From the NCBI GenBank assembly GCA_903789535.1, contig CAIFES010000004.1, positions 6,255 through 70,254 of the forward strand: 64,000 bases of DNA. The letters run 5' to 3'. The DNA comes from an uncultured Aeriscardovia sp. GTDB lineage: Bacteria > Actinomycetota > Actinomycetes > Actinomycetales > Bifidobacteriaceae. Position numbers and translations under genes: made by a program. The notes beneath the pieces were generated by a model. The model was not told the DNA's origin. It was given only the letters and a program-made list of their open reading frames with translations, and did not search any database. Within the stretch, counting starts at the first letter, position 1. Each line of letters begins with the position of its first letter. Positions 43,092-54,217 of the stretch are shown here, one piece after another.

Positions 43092-44621
43092 ATGAGCGAT
43101 TCAGAAAACACATCGCTGAGCCAGTCCGTCACCAGCAACGAAACAGCACAGAACGAGCAACAGCCTGTCCAGACGGATGCGCCCACGCAGCCGGCACAGC
43201 AGGCCGCATCGCAGGAAGCATCCGCCCAAGCCGCCCCGGCGGCCGATGCCGCTCCTGCGGGGAAGAAGGCCGAGGCCGAGGCGAAGCCTTCCGCCCCTGC
43301 CGCCGTTCCCTCTCCTGCCGCGCTGGCAAAGAAGAAGCCCGCGGCTGCCGCTCCCTCCCCCGTGACCTACAGCGCCAAGGACATCTCTGATGCCGCCTCG
43401 CATGCCATCCTGCGTGATGGCACCGTGCTCGTCAAGGATGGCGAGACGGAGCGTGAGGTCGGCACCTACGCCCAGGGCGAGTCTGATGCGGCCGTCGATC
43501 TGCTCGTGCGCCGCTATCTCGATCTGCGCGCCCGTGTCGACATGTTCGCCGGTCGCCTGCACTCGCACAACATCCGTACCCGTGAGATCGACGAGACGCT
43601 CGCCTCGCTTGACAAGGATCTCAAGGAGCCCAAGGCTGTGGGCGATCTGCCGGCGCTGCGCGCGCATCTCGAGGAGGTGCGCGGCCAGGCCGAGAAGAAG
43701 AAGGAGCAGATCGAGCAGTGGCATAAGAAGGCCGTGGAGAAGTCCACGCAGGACCGCACCGCCATTGTCGAGAAGGCCGAGGCCATTGTCGCCGGCCTTG
43801 GTGATCAGACGAACTGGCGTGACACGGCCGACAAGTTCCGCGACCTGTTCACCCAGTGGCAGAGCGTGCAGCGCAAGGAGGCGCGTCTTGACCGCAAGAC
43901 CGCCGACGAGCTGTGGAAGCGCTTCTCCCAGGCCCGTTCCACCTTCAACCACCGCCGCCGCGCCTGGGCAAAGCAGCGCGATGCCGAGCGCGCGCAGGCA
44001 AAGGCCGCCAAGGAGCAGATCATCTCCGAGGCCGAGGCCATGAAGGACTCGACCGACTGGGGTGCCACCTCCCGTGCCTACAACGAGCTGATGGACCGCT
44101 GGAAGGCCGCGGGCCGTGCCGGACGCCGCGATGACGACGCGCTGTGGGCACGCTTCCGCGCCGCCTGCGACGTGTTCTTCAACGCCCGTCAGGCCGACCG
44201 TGACAAGACCGACAAGTCCGAGGAGGACAACCTCGCCAAGAAGCGTGAGCTGCTCGACAAGGCCCGCAAGCTTGTCCCGGTCTCCACGCTGGAACAGGCA
44301 CGCCAGGCCCGTCAGGCGCTCGGCGACATCCAGGACCAGTGGGATCAGATCGGTTATGTCCCGCGCCGCAACATCCACGAGCTCGAGCAGGGCATGGCGG
44401 ATGTGGAGCAGCAGATCAAGGCCGTCGAGGATGCTGCCTGGAAGGCCAGCGACCCTGAGGAGGATGAGCGCAAGAACTCGTTCGAGAGCCAGCTGAAGAG
44501 CCGTCTGGCCGAGATTGACACGCTCCTCGCCTCAGAGACCGATCCGAAGAAGAAGGAAGCCCTCGAGCAGGAGAAGGCCACGAAGCAGATGTGGCTCAGC
44601 ACCGTCAAGAAGACGAACTGA
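43092..44621 (+). CDS. DUF349 repeat protein
   Basis: Ala/Pro/Gln-rich N-terminus, then repeated helical units of the DUF349 type (ELWKRFSQARSTFNHRRRAW, ALWARFRAACDVFFNARQ). ATG 43092 follows AGGAGAAGG. Confidence 0.8.
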   Translation: MSDSENTSLSQSVTSNETAQNEQQPVQTDAPTQPAQQAASQEASAQAAPAADAAPAGKKAEAEAKPSAPAAVPSPAALAKKKPAAAAPSPVTYSAKDISDAASHAILRDGTVLVKDGETEREVGTYAQGESDAAVDLLVRRYLDLRARVDMFAGRLHSHNIRTREIDETLASLDKDLKEPKAVGDLPALRAHLEEVRGQAEKKKEQIEQWHKKAVEKSTQDRTAIVEKAEAIVAGLGDQTNWRDTADKFRDLFTQWQSVQRKEARLDRKTADELWKRFSQARSTFNHRRRAWAKQRDAERAQAKAAKEQIISEAEAMKDSTDWGATSRAYNELMDRWKAAGRAGRRDDDALWARFRAACDVFFNARQADRDKTDKSEEDNLAKKRELLDKARKLVPVSTLEQARQARQALGDIQDQWDQIGYVPRRNIHELEQGMADVEQQIKAVEDAAWKASDPEEDERKNSFESQLKSRLAEIDTLLASETDPKKKEALEQEKATKQMWLSTVKKTN

Positions 44622-44689
44622 TCGATGTCAGGCCGTCTGGCTGATGGTCATCGGCTGACGGTCTGATCATCAATCAGGACGATTCATAC

Positions 44690-44726
44690 AAAGGCGCCCA
44701 CCGGCATCACACCGGTGGGCGCCTTT
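44690..44726. terminator. Bidirectional intrinsic terminator between the DUF349 gene and relA
   Basis: AAAGGCGCCCACCGG-catcac-ACCGGTGGGCGCCTTT is a perfect hairpin flanked by A and T runs on either side. Confidence 0.75.
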
Positions 44727-44869
44727 GTATCTGCTCTGTTATCTGCTCTGTCTCAACTCTGACATCGCGCGGATATCAGGCAGATCTCAACATGCAGATG
44801 CACTGACACATACAGATGTACTGACAATGGATAGGCACATCGCTCATGGGTCGGCGCGCTGGCGGATCT

Positions 44870-47395
44870 TCACGCGCGGTAGTGGCGGCCCGAGCCGCCG
44901 GCACTGCGCCGGACGGCACGCTTGTGCGTCATCTCCGACTCGCGCGAGCCTGTCAGACGGAATGCGTCATAGACGCCGTCGATCTGTCGCAGCTCGGAGA
45001 GCAGCACCTGCAGATGCTTCATGTCCGCCAGCTGGAACTCGAACGTGCCCGTGGCCACACGCCCGCCCTGGCTGCCCGCGCGCATATCCGCGCTGATGAG
45101 GTCCACTCCCCCGTCTGAGAGCGTCTTGGTGATGTCGCTGAACAGATGCGGCCTGTCGAGCGCGTCGATCTCCACACGCACGGTGAACGGCGTGTGCTCG
45201 CCCGTCCAGCTGACCTGGACGATGCGCTGTGGCTCGTTCTTCTCCAGGCTGAGGATGTTGACGCAGTCGGCGCGATGGACGGAGACACCCTGCGCCTTGG
45301 TGATGAAGCCGACGATCTTGTCGCCGGGCACCGGGTTGCAGCAGCGGGCAAGTTTGACCCACACGCCCGAGACGCCTTTGACAGTGATCGCCCCGGAGGC
45401 GGTCTGCACCTGACGCGCGGGGGCGGTGGACGGCATGCTCGCCGTCTCGACCTCGTCGCTGACCTCCTGCTCGCCGGCATCCGACACGAGATGGGATATG
45501 ACGGTCTGCGGGGTGAGCTTGCCCTCGCCGAGCGCCGAATAGAGCGCGTTGACGGAGCCGAAACCGATGTCCTGCGCGGCACCGAGCAGCGCGGGCTCTG
45601 TCAACAGGTTCTGCAACGGCAGATTCTTACGGCGCAGTGCGCGGGTCAGCTCGTCTTTGCCGTCATCGATGGCCTGGGAGCGGCTCTCCTTGCTGAACCA
45701 CTGCTTGATCTTGGCGCGGGCGCGCGGGGATTTGACGAAGTTGAGCCAGTCACGCGAGGGGCCGGCATCCTCTGCCTTGGTGGTGAGGATCTCGACCGTA
45801 TCGCCGTTCTTGAGGCGCGTGTCGAGCGGGACAAGCCGCTCGTTGACCCTCGCGCCCATCGTGTGATGACCGACCTCTGTATGCACGGAGTAGGCGAAAT
45901 CGACCGGGGTGGCACCCGCGGGCAGGGAGATGACCTTGCCTTTGGGGGTGAACACATACACCTCGCCGGAGCTCAGATCCTCCTTGAGCGTGCCGAGGAA
46001 CTCGTTGGAGTCGGGCGTCTCGCTCGTCCAGTCGGCAAGTTGCTGGATCCAGCGCAGGTTGTCCTCTTGGGAGATCTCGCCGTTCTCCTCCTTGCGCTCA
46101 CGCGTCTTGTCGGAGGAGTCCGGCGTCGACAGGGCGCGCCCGGCCTCGCCGTTCTCTTTGTACTTCCAGTGTGCGGCGATGCCATATTCGGCCCGGCGGT
46201 GCATCTCCCACGTGCGGATCTGAATCTCGACCGGCTTGCCGCCCGGGCCCACCACGGTGGTGTGCAGGCTCTGGTACATGTTGAGCTTGGGCATGGCGAT
46301 GTAATCTTTGAACCTGCCCGGGATCGGCTTCCACTCGGCGTGCACGATGCCGAGCGCCGCGTAGCAGTCGCGCACGGTGTCGACGATGATGCGCACGCCC
46401 ATCAGGTCATAGATGTTGGCGAAATCGTGCCCGCGCACGACCATCTTCTGATAGATGGAGTAGTAGTCCTTCGGTCTGCCTGTCACATAGGCGTGGATGT
46501 GCTGGGCGGCGAGTTTTGTGCGCAGCTCGTCGAGGATCTGTTTGAGATACTCGTCGCGCGAGCCGGCCCTGTTGGCCACGAGGGTGACGATCTCGTTGTA
46601 GATCTTGGGATACAGCTGCTTGAACGAGAGTTCCTCGAGCTCGGTCTTGATGGCGTTCATACCGAGGCGGTTGGCCAGAGGCGCGTAAATATCCAGCGTC
46701 TCGCGCGCCTTGCGGTCACCATTGTCGGTGGGCACGTAACGCCAGGTGCGCGCGTTATGCACGCGGTCGGCGAGCTTGACGACCAGGGTGCGCACGTCGC
46801 GGCTCATCGCCACCACAAGCTTGCGGATGGTCTCGGCCTGGGCGGAATCGCCGTACTCGATGTTGCTGATCTTGGTGACCCCGTCGACAAGGCCGGCGAC
46901 GGTGTCACCGAACTCGTAGCGGCACTGCTCGAGCGTGTAGTCGGTGTCTTCCACGGTGTCGTGCAGCAGGCCGGCAGCCACCACGCGCGGGGTCATGCCC
47001 AGATCGGCGAGGATCTGTGCCACGCCGAGCGGGTGGATGATGTACGGTTCACCGGAGCGGCGGCGTTCGGCGCGATGCTGCCAGACCGCGCGATTGTAGG
47101 TCTTGCGCAGAATCTTCAGGTCGGCCCCGGGGTGGTGCTCCACGACCGACTGCAGGATGGGCCGCAGCGCGTCGTCGGGGTCGTCGGGGATCTCGCAGCC
47201 GAGCAGACGCGAGCCCATATCCGTCCAATCACGCGGATCGGGACTGGAGGGGTCAATGAGCGACCTGCCCGCCCCGGCACGGCCGGAGGCGCCCGCCACA
47301 TGGGTGCTGCGCGAGTTCTCGGCGGAGAGCGCGGCGAACCCGCCGGTCTCCCGCTTCTCGTCCCCAGTGTGGGTCGTGCCTGTTGTATCGCCCAT
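44870..47395 (-). CDS. relA: Bifunctional (p)ppGpp synthetase/hydrolase, RelA/SpoT family
   Basis: HD hydrolase HPLGVAQILADLG...LLHDTVEDT, synthetase YQSLHTTV, and TGS (VFTPKGKVISLPAGATPVDFAY) and ACT regions. AGAGGAG lies upstream. Confidence 0.95.
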   Translation of the reverse strand: MGDTTGTTHTGDEKRETGGFAALSAENSRSTHVAGASGRAGAGRSLIDPSSPDPRDWTDMGSRLLGCEIPDDPDDALRPILQSVVEHHPGADLKILRKTYNRAVWQHRAERRRSGEPYIIHPLGVAQILADLGMTPRVVAAGLLHDTVEDTDYTLEQCRYEFGDTVAGLVDGVTKISNIEYGDSAQAETIRKLVVAMSRDVRTLVVKLADRVHNARTWRYVPTDNGDRKARETLDIYAPLANRLGMNAIKTELEELSFKQLYPKIYNEIVTLVANRAGSRDEYLKQILDELRTKLAAQHIHAYVTGRPKDYYSIYQKMVVRGHDFANIYDLMGVRIIVDTVRDCYAALGIVHAEWKPIPGRFKDYIAMPKLNMYQSLHTTVVGPGGKPVEIQIRTWEMHRRAEYGIAAHWKYKENGEAGRALSTPDSSDKTRERKEENGEISQEDNLRWIQQLADWTSETPDSNEFLGTLKEDLSSGEVYVFTPKGKVISLPAGATPVDFAYSVHTEVGHHTMGARVNERLVPLDTRLKNGDTVEILTTKAEDAGPSRDWLNFVKSPRARAKIKQWFSKESRSQAIDDGKDELTRALRRKNLPLQNLLTEPALLGAAQDIGFGSVNALYSALGEGKLTPQTVISHLVSDAGEQEVSDEVETASMPSTAPARQVQTASGAITVKGVSGVWVKLARCCNPVPGDKIVGFITKAQGVSVHRADCVNILSLEKNEPQRIVQVSWTGEHTPFTVRVEIDALDRPHLFSDITKTLSDGGVDLISADMRAGSQGGRVATGTFEFQLADMKHLQVLLSELRQIDGVYDAFRLTGSRESEMTHKRAVRRSAGGSGRHYRA

Positions 47396-47470
47396 GTCGG
47401 CTCCTCTCGTTGCTTCCTATGCTACCGGCCGGCGCTGCCGTCGCCACTCCGGTGGTGTGCCGGCATGGTC

Positions 47471-48043
47471 TCAGTCTCGTGCGAGCGCGCGTCCTGTCTG
47501 CAGGCCGGTCGAGCCGAAACCGCCTTCTCCGCGCAAAGACTGCGGAAGTGTCTGCGTCTGCTGGAAATCCCCTCGCCAGTAACGCTGGATGATCATCTGG
47601 GCGATCCGGTCGCCTTTGGCGAAATGCCAGGTATGGGTGGGATCAAGGTTGATGAGCGGGACCTTGTATTCTCCCCGGTAGCCGGAGTCGATGGTGCCCG
47701 GCGCGTTGGGCAGTGTGACGCCCTGACGGATGGCCAGTCCCGAGCGGGGATGTACCAGGATCACATAGCCGTCCGGGATGGCGATGCGGATACCGAGCGG
47801 GATGAGCTTCCTCTCGAACGGTGCGAGATCGAAGTCGATCGCCGAGCGCAGATCAGCCCCCGCGTCACCCTCATGCTCGTAAGAGGGAATGAAGACAGGC
47901 GGCCTGCCGTCGACACCGGTGATGAGCAGCGTGACATGCTCCGGGCCGTGTGCCTCGAAGCGCACCGCACCGGCTGCAGAGTGTCCGTCTGCGCAGTGCC
48001 CGTCCGCAGAGTGGCTACCCGTATTCTTCATCCTGTCCTCCAT
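47471..48043 (-). CDS. dut: dUTP diphosphatase
   Basis: GDAGADLRS, GTIDSGYRGE and RIAQM motifs. ATG 48043 follows AAGGAGGA; the track ORF extends to 48175. Confidence 0.9.
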   Translation of the reverse strand: MEDRMKNTGSHSADGHCADGHSAAGAVRFEAHGPEHVTLLITGVDGRPPVFIPSYEHEGDAGADLRSAIDFDLAPFERKLIPLGIRIAIPDGYVILVHPRSGLAIRQGVTLPNAPGTIDSGYRGEYKVPLINLDPTHTWHFAKGDRIAQMIIQRYWRGDFQQTQTLPQSLRGEGGFGSTGLQTGRALARD

Positions 48044-48155
48044 CTGTTCCTCCTTGTTCCACGTTTCTGGCAATCCGATATGGATTCTGGCATGAACCGA
48101 CGCCGGGATACAAAAAATGCCGGTCATGATGGCCGGCATTTGTCCGCGTGCGCTC

Positions 48156-48473
48156 TCACTCGAGCTCGGCGGCACATTCCTTGCAGATCGGCTGCCCGTC
48201 CTTCATATAGGCGAGCTGGCTGCGATGCTTGACGAGGAAGCAGTTGGAGCAGATGAACTCGTCTTCCTGGGTGGGGATGACCGTCACCGAGGAATCGGCG
48301 TTCTTGATGACCGCGCCGGGAAGCTCGTAGTTCTCGGCAATGGCCTCCTCATCGTCGTCATCGCCGTCATCCGAGCCGTCGTTGTCGTTCTGGGCGCCGG
48401 CAAGAGACTTGACGGCCTCCTCGTCGTCATCCTCTTCGTCTTTGTCTTTCGGCCGATCGTAGTCCTGAGCCAT
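48156..48473 (-). CDS. DUF4193 protein (acidic N-terminus, C-terminal CxxC...CxxC)
   Basis: EFICSNCFLVKHRSQLAYMKDGQPICKECA, in the conserved actinobacterial position next to dut. Confidence 0.85.
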   Translation of the reverse strand: MAQDYDRPKDKDEEDDDEEAVKSLAGAQNDNDGSDDGDDDDEEAIAENYELPGAVIKNADSSVTVIPTQEDEFICSNCFLVKHRSQLAYMKDGQPICKECAAELE

Positions 48474-48749
48474 GTGAAAACCTTCCTTGGCGGTCGTTCA
48501 ACGTCCCGCCACGGCGGATAGTGTGTGCGGCGATAAAAATACATCAGGTCACAGGAAAATGCAAGTATCCATGTTGCAGGGCAAGACTTTCCTCTAACGG
48601 CGAATAAATTAATAACGGTAATAGCACGTAACCCTTTGTCGGGGAACGTTCGGGCGCGGTAGGCCGGCATACGCGTAAAATGTGCCATGGCCGCGTCCCG
48701 CCGTGCCTGTGCGGTATAAGGGCGGGACGACACAAGTGTGGAGGACCTG

Positions 48750-49892
48750 ATGGTGAGGAAAGCAGTATTTGACCACGTCGACGACGCCGGTGTCGTCATT
48801 CTGACCGTCGGCGACGAGCACGTCGAGCTTGACGACTCGGATGCCTTCGAGCAGGGTCTCCTCGCCGCCAAGCAGATCAAGGCCGAGGCCCGCACGGACG
48901 CGCTGCCGCCGGAGACGGAGGGACTGCCCATCTCCCAGATCCAGAACCTCGTGCGTGCGGGCGTGTCGACAGACAAGATCGCCGACAAATACAACATGGA
49001 ACCCGCCCTCATCCGCCGTTTCGCCCAGCCGATCGAGCAGGAGAAGCGGAGCGCGATCGCCCAGTTCCTCACTGTCAACATCCGACAGAATGACGAGGTG
49101 CGCCGTCTGGGCGAGCTGATCAACGGCACCCTTGTCGAGGCCGGTGTCGATACGGCCACCGTGGAGTGGTCGGCAAGCCGCAACAAGCGCGAGCCGTGGA
49201 AGATCAGCGCCTTCTTCCCGCACAACAGCCGGATCTACAAGGCCACCTGGTCATGGAACATGCGTGACAACGCGGTGGTCGCCATCGATCCGACGGCCAA
49301 GAGGCTGCTGGGCCAGTCCGATGCCGCCGCCCGCGACCTGCTCTTCGGCGACGACGACAGCACGTCCATCTCCACCGACGTGCCGCAGTCCGGGCCGAAC
49401 CCGCCCAGCTGGATGATCGAAGAGGACGGCCGACGCCAGAATGGCGGGTCTGCCGATTCAGCCGCCGATGCGCGGACCGATGGTCTCGTGTCACAGGATG
49501 AGGATGACACGCGTCTGTTCGGTCCTGAACCGTCCGCGACGGACACCGATGCGACAACGACGTTCTCCCCTCTCGCCGATGCCGCTGCAGGCACCTCTTC
49601 TGCCGTGGCGGCGCAAGAAAGTGCCGATGGATCAGACCCGCGTCCGCAGGAGCACCGACTGACGGACCGTGACGATGATCTGTCGGATTCCTCCCATTCC
49701 TCCCAGGATCCCACGTCCCCTGCGGAAGATTCCCGGACAGATGTGACGGAACCGGAGGATGGGACGCATGCGGGGGAAAAGAGGAACAGCCTGTCAAAGA
49801 AGACAGCCGCCAGGTCACCCAAGAAATCGTCGGCGCGCTATAGCAGGCGCAACGCCATCCCCTCATGGGATGACATCATCTTTGGCGACTGA
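48750..49892 (+). CDS. sepH: SepH-like septation protein (DUF3071) with a disordered C-terminal half
   Basis: N-terminal domain VRKAVFDHVDDAGVVILTVGDEHVELD...ISQIQNLVRAGVSTDKIADKYNMEPALIRRFAQPIEQEK (HTH-like), in the dut/DUF4193 neighbourhood. The start is ATG 48750, GTG 48738 or GTG 48753. Confidence 0.7.
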   Translation: MVRKAVFDHVDDAGVVILTVGDEHVELDDSDAFEQGLLAAKQIKAEARTDALPPETEGLPISQIQNLVRAGVSTDKIADKYNMEPALIRRFAQPIEQEKRSAIAQFLTVNIRQNDEVRRLGELINGTLVEAGVDTATVEWSASRNKREPWKISAFFPHNSRIYKATWSWNMRDNAVVAIDPTAKRLLGQSDAAARDLLFGDDDSTSISTDVPQSGPNPPSWMIEEDGRRQNGGSADSAADARTDGLVSQDEDDTRLFGPEPSATDTDATTTFSPLADAAAGTSSAVAAQESADGSDPRPQEHRLTDRDDDLSDSSHSSQDPTSPAEDSRTDVTEPEDGTHAGEKRNSLSKKTAARSPKKSSARYSRRNAIPSWDDIIFGD

Positions 49893-49942
49893 CCCTGTCC
49901 TTGTTCGGCCTTCCGTATTCGGCGTTTCTGTCCCTGTTCCTG

Positions 49943-51223
49943 TCACGAGACATCGACGAGAAGCGGAATACGGCTCTCCATCTCCGTCCACGAGCCGTGG
50001 ACGCCCGGCATCGACATCGCCCCGATCGATTCGAAACGCGAGTCGACGATGGTCGTATGGCCGTTTGCCAGGACGACGAGATCCCCGATCATCGGCCGTA
50101 TCCTCTCCTCGACCGGCCCGAACAGCCCGGAGGAAACGGCCTCGTCACGCGTGAATACACGCGCGGCATCGCCCAGCGCCTCACGCCAGCGGGCGGCGAG
50201 CCGGTCCGTGTACTCACCGTCCTCCTTGTAGACCATCACCGCGCGGGGCTCACCGCCGATCAGATGCACGCCCTCGCACAGCTCCGGGTCGCCAGCGATA
50301 TCAATCCGCGCGGAGGACGCGGCGGATACCATGCCGTGATCCGCCACGACGACGAGCAGGGTGCCCGGCGCGGCCTGCTCATGCAGCCGGCGCAGCTGGT
50401 CATCCACATTTTCGAGCGCCTGCGCCCAGTCGTCCGATTCCCAGCCATCGGCGTGGCCGGTGTGGTCCACGTCACGCAGATAAAAGTAGGTCAGACCCGG
50501 CTGGTGCGTCAGCTCGATGGCGAGGTCGAGACGCTCGGTCGATGTCTTACGTTTAAGAAAGCGCGGCCCGGCGAGCGAGGCGCGCGTCATGGGCGATTTC
50601 TTGAATTCCGGCATGCTGATCGAATCGGTCCGCACCTGCTGGCCGACAAGACCGGTGAACACGGTGGGCTGGCGCTGCAGCTCCTCGGGCGGGATGGCCC
50701 CTTTCCACTGGATCATCTGCGTGATGCGGCCGGTGCGCGGGTTGAGCTGCGTGTAGCCGAGCAGTCCCGTCAGGCCCGGGCATGTCCCGGTGCCGAACGT
50801 GGCCATGGCGGCCGTCGTGGTGGTCGGATAGCAGGTGCGGATCCATGTGCCCTCTCCGAGCAACGAGGCCAGATACGGGGCATGGTCGGCGCACAATGCG
50901 AGATTCCAGTAGCCCAGGCCGTCGATGAGCGCAATGACGATCGATGAGGCGTGCGGCAGGCCGAGATCGAGACGGGCTTTCTCAGGATCAGCCACGAGTG
51001 CGGTCGGGACAGGATGTCCCAGACTGGCGGACAGGGCGGGCAGCACCTCAGACAGTCGTCGGGCCGCGTAAATCCCGGGGATGGCGAGCGGGGCATGCAG
51101 CGTCTCATCGTCAGGGATCGCCGGCGATCCGCCATACTGCGACCGGTTGTTTGTCCCTGTACCAGTCCGGGCATCGGCCGTGATCGCCCTGGAACCCGTG
51201 CCGTCACTGTTGCCGTCTGCCAT
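49943..51223 (-). CDS. Alkaline phosphatase-superfamily protein (type I phosphodiesterase/nucleotide pyrophosphatase-like)
   Basis: Metal-site contexts ALIDGLGYWN, DHTGHADGW and VVADHGMV. GGGAGAGGGGA lies upstream. Confidence 0.8.
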   Translation of the reverse strand: MADGNSDGTGSRAITADARTGTGTNNRSQYGGSPAIPDDETLHAPLAIPGIYAARRLSEVLPALSASLGHPVPTALVADPEKARLDLGLPHASSIVIALIDGLGYWNLALCADHAPYLASLLGEGTWIRTCYPTTTTAAMATFGTGTCPGLTGLLGYTQLNPRTGRITQMIQWKGAIPPEELQRQPTVFTGLVGQQVRTDSISMPEFKKSPMTRASLAGPRFLKRKTSTERLDLAIELTHQPGLTYFYLRDVDHTGHADGWESDDWAQALENVDDQLRRLHEQAAPGTLLVVVADHGMVSAASSARIDIAGDPELCEGVHLIGGEPRAVMVYKEDGEYTDRLAARWREALGDAARVFTRDEAVSSGLFGPVEERIRPMIGDLVVLANGHTTIVDSRFESIGAMSMPGVHGSWTEMESRIPLLVDVS

Positions 51224-51385
51224 GTCTGTCCCCTCTCCCGCCGTGTCCTGCCCGGATCGCCCGACCGATCGTCATATCGGCACTCGCCGCCAGCATCCGA
51301 CGTCCGTCCTGCCATCTTTCATTTTATCCGGCCATTTATCCGCCATGATGTGGGATAATAGACCGTCTCGTTGTGAGGGAGGATC

Positions 51386-54121
51386 ATGGCACGTCGGCGT
51401 TCAACGCTTCCGCAGGCACAATACGATCCGAGGACCGTCAAACAACGGATCGTCGATACCCCGCTCAAGACGGAGATGAACACCTCGTTCCTCGCCTACG
51501 CCTATTCTGTCATCTACTCGCGTGCCCTGCCGGACGCGCGCGACGGTCTCAAGCCCGTGCAGCGGCGCATTCTCTACCAGATGGGCGAGATGCGGCTCAC
51601 TCCTGACAAGCCATACATGAAATCGGCCCGCGCGGTCGGTGAGGTGATGGGCAAGCTGCATCCCCATGGTGATTCGTCCATTTATGAGTCGATGGTGCGT
51701 CTTGCCCAGCCGTTCGCCATGCGTCTGCCGCTCGTGGACGGGCACGGCAATTTCGGCTCGCTCGACGACGGACCGGCAGCCTCTCGTTACACGGAGGCGC
51801 GCCTCGCCCCGGCAGCGCTGGCGATGAACGCTGACGTGCATGAGGGCACGGTGCCGTTCTCGCCCAACTACGACAACAAGCTCAAAGAGCCGGACGTGCT
51901 GCCGGCCGCCATCCCCAACCTGCTCGTCAACGGCTCGCAGGGCATCGCCGTGGGCATGGCCACCAACATGATCACCCATAATCTGCGCGAGGTGATCGAT
52001 GCGGCCACATATCTGATCGCCCATCCGGACGCCTCGCTCGACGAGCTGATGCGGCGCATCCCCGGGCCGGACATGCCCGGAGGCGGCATCATCATGGGCC
52101 GTGACGGCATCCGTGAGGCCTACTCCACCGGCCGCGGCACCTTCACCACGCGCGCCCGCGTGCGGGTGGAGAACGTGACGGCACGCAAAAAAGGCATCGT
52201 CATCACCGAGCTGCCGTTCATGGTCGGCCCGGAGCGCGTGCTCGAGCGCATCGGCCAGGCGGTCAAAGAGAAGAAGCTGGACGGCGTCACCTCGGCCGTC
52301 GATCTGTCCGACCGTCTCAACGGGCTCAAGATGGTCATCACCATCAAATCTGGCTTCGACCCCAGGGCGGTGCTGCGCCAGCTGTATCTGACGACCCCGC
52401 TGGAGAGCACGTTCGCCATCAACAACGTGGCGCTCGTCAACGGACGCCCGCACACGATGGGCCTCAAAGAGCTGCTGCAGGTGTGGATCGACCACCGGCG
52501 CACCGTGGTGCACAACCGCTCCGCCTTCCGTAAGAAGAAGGCGCAGGAGCGGCTGCATCTCGTCGAGGGCCTGCTGCTCGCGCTCGTGGACATCGACGAG
52601 GTGATCCAGGTCATCCGTTCCTCCGACGACCAGGCGGCCGCCAAGAGCCGGCTCATGGCCGTCTTTGATCTCGACGACGTGCAGGCGACGTACATTCTCG
52701 ACCTGCAGCTGCGGCGGCTGACGAAGATGAGCCGGATCGAGCTGGAGGGCGAGCGTGACGATCTGAACAAGAAGATCCGCGAGCTTGATCTCATCCTCTC
52801 CTCGGAAGCCGAGCGGGATCGCGTGGTGGTCTCCGAGATGCAGGAGGCGGCCGACAAGTACGGTGACGACCGTCGCACGCAGATTTTCGACGAGGACGGC
52901 ACGTGCGTGGCGATGCCCGGCAATGCGGATATCGAGACAAGGTCGTCCGACCAGGCCGGTAAAGGAGGCGGCCCTGTCTCCCCCGCCGGCGCCCATGACC
53001 TGTCGACGATCTCTCTGTCGGGTTCGGCGAAGGAGAATGCCGAGAGCGGGCTGCGGCTCGAGGACGAGCCATGCGCGGTGGTGCTCGGCGCCTCCGGGCT
53101 GATCGCGCGGGCCGGGGCATCCGTGCTGGATGTGCTTGCCGCCCGCTCGGCCGACACACCGCGCGTGCCTGACGATGCCATCGCCTCGGCGTTCCGCACG
53201 ACCACGCTGAGCGATTACGGTCTGCTCACCTCCGCCGGCCGTCTCGTGCGCGCCCGCGTGGCCGATCTGCCGCACCTGCGCCCGTCGGACAGCGTGAGCG
53301 TGGAAGGCGGCGTGCGAGCCGACGAGCTGCTCGCCGGTGCCCGGGATACGCAGGCGGTACCTGACGAGCATGTGGTGGCCGCCGTCGCCCTGCCAGCGGC
53401 GGCACAGCCGTCTGCCGGTGCGCAGACGAACTCCCCCACAAACACGGAAGAGGGCGACAGTCCGGCTGATGACGTGCAATCCGCCTCCGGCTTTGTACCG
53501 GTGGCGATGGCCACGCGCTCGGGCCTTGTGCGCCGGTGGAACGGTGATATGCCCACCACGCATGACTCGTTCCAGGTGCTCACGCTCAAGACAGCCGACG
53601 ACGGCGAACCGGACAGCATCGTCGGCGCGGCGCCCGCGCACGATGACGACCGTCTCATGCTCATCTCCTCCGATGCGAAGATCCTGACCTTCGAAGCCTC
53701 TTCTGTCAGGCCGCAGGGCCGCTCCTCCACCGGCATGAAGGGCATGCGTCTGTCGGCGGGGGCACGGCTGATCGGCTTCGACGTCGTACGTGCCGGTGAT
53801 TGCGGCTGGACGGATGCCGATGGCGGCATGGGCGCGGTCGTGCTCACCGTCGCCGGTGATGCCAAGGCACTCGCCGGCACGGACAGCGGCAGCGCCAAGC
53901 TCACCCCGCTTGATGTCTATCCCACCAAGGGCCGCGGCACGGGCGGTGTGCGCGTGCAGACGTTCCTCAAAGGCCAGAACGCGCTGCTGCTCGCCGCCGC
54001 CGGGCCGTACCCGCTCCACGCGCTCGACGGCTCGGGCAGACCAGTGGTTCTGCCGAAGGTGGACAAGCGTCGCGACGCCTCCGGCACGCCGCTGTCCTGC
54101 CCGATCGCCGTCGTCGGGTGA
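51386..54121 (+). CDS. parC: Type IIA topoisomerase subunit A (ParC/GyrA paralog)
   Basis: [25 protein letters not shown], and the catalytic Tyr context [10 protein letters not shown]. The C-terminal domain is beta-pinwheel-like. GAGGGAGGA lies upstream. Confidence 0.85.
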   Translation: MARRRSTLPQAQYDPRTVKQRIVDTPLKTEMNTSFLAYAYSVIYSRALPDARDGLKPVQRRILYQMGEMRLTPDKPYMKSARAVGEVMGKLHPHGDSSIYESMVRLAQPFAMRLPLVDGHGNFGSLDDGPAASRYTEARLAPAALAMNADVHEGTVPFSPNYDNKLKEPDVLPAAIPNLLVNGSQGIAVGMATNMITHNLREVIDAATYLIAHPDASLDELMRRIPGPDMPGGGIIMGRDGIREAYSTGRGTFTTRARVRVENVTARKKGIVITELPFMVGPERVLERIGQAVKEKKLDGVTSAVDLSDRLNGLKMVITIKSGFDPRAVLRQLYLTTPLESTFAINNVALVNGRPHTMGLKELLQVWIDHRRTVVHNRSAFRKKKAQERLHLVEGLLLALVDIDEVIQVIRSSDDQAAAKSRLMAVFDLDDVQATYILDLQLRRLTKMSRIELEGERDDLNKKIRELDLILSSEAERDRVVVSEMQEAADKYGDDRRTQIFDEDGTCVAMPGNADIETRSSDQAGKGGGPVSPAGAHDLSTISLSGSAKENAESGLRLEDEPCAVVLGASGLIARAGASVLDVLAARSADTPRVPDDAIASAFRTTTLSDYGLLTSAGRLVRARVADLPHLRPSDSVSVEGGVRADELLAGARDTQAVPDEHVVAAVALPAAAQPSAGAQTNSPTNTEEGDSPADDVQSASGFVPVAMATRSGLVRRWNGDMPTTHDSFQVLTLKTADDGEPDSIVGAAPAHDDDRLMLISSDAKILTFEASSVRPQGRSSTGMKGMRLSAGARLIGFDVVRAGDCGWTDADGGMGAVVLTVAGDAKALAGTDSGSAKLTPLDVYPTKGRGTGGVRVQTFLKGQNALLLAAAGPYPLHALDGSGRPVVLPKVDKRRDASGTPLSCPIAVVG

Positions 54122-54217
54122 GCTTCTGTCTCTCTTGACGAAAGCTTCTGTCTCTATCGATGGCAGCCGGTACTGCCTCTTCGCCGGCTGCCGTCAGTGT
54201 GCCGTCAACATCACTTA

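Noticed and set aside
45146-48232. A 1028-aa plus-strand ORF, the longest in the track after hsdR.
   Set aside because: It lies antisense to relA and dut. Its Arg/Gly/Leu/Val/Asp-rich composition has no recognisable motifs, whereas the minus strand encodes textbook RelA and Dut motifs. This is a typical high-GC shadow ORF.
48284-49225. A 313-aa minus-strand ORF opposite the sepH-like gene.
   Set aside because: It is a Ser/Arg/Thr-rich shadow. The plus strand encodes the recognisable DUF3071-type N-terminal domain.
51401-54019. An 872-aa minus-strand ORF covering parC.
   Set aside because: It is a shadow ORF antisense to a gene with clear ParC/GyrA motifs, and it has no motifs of its own.
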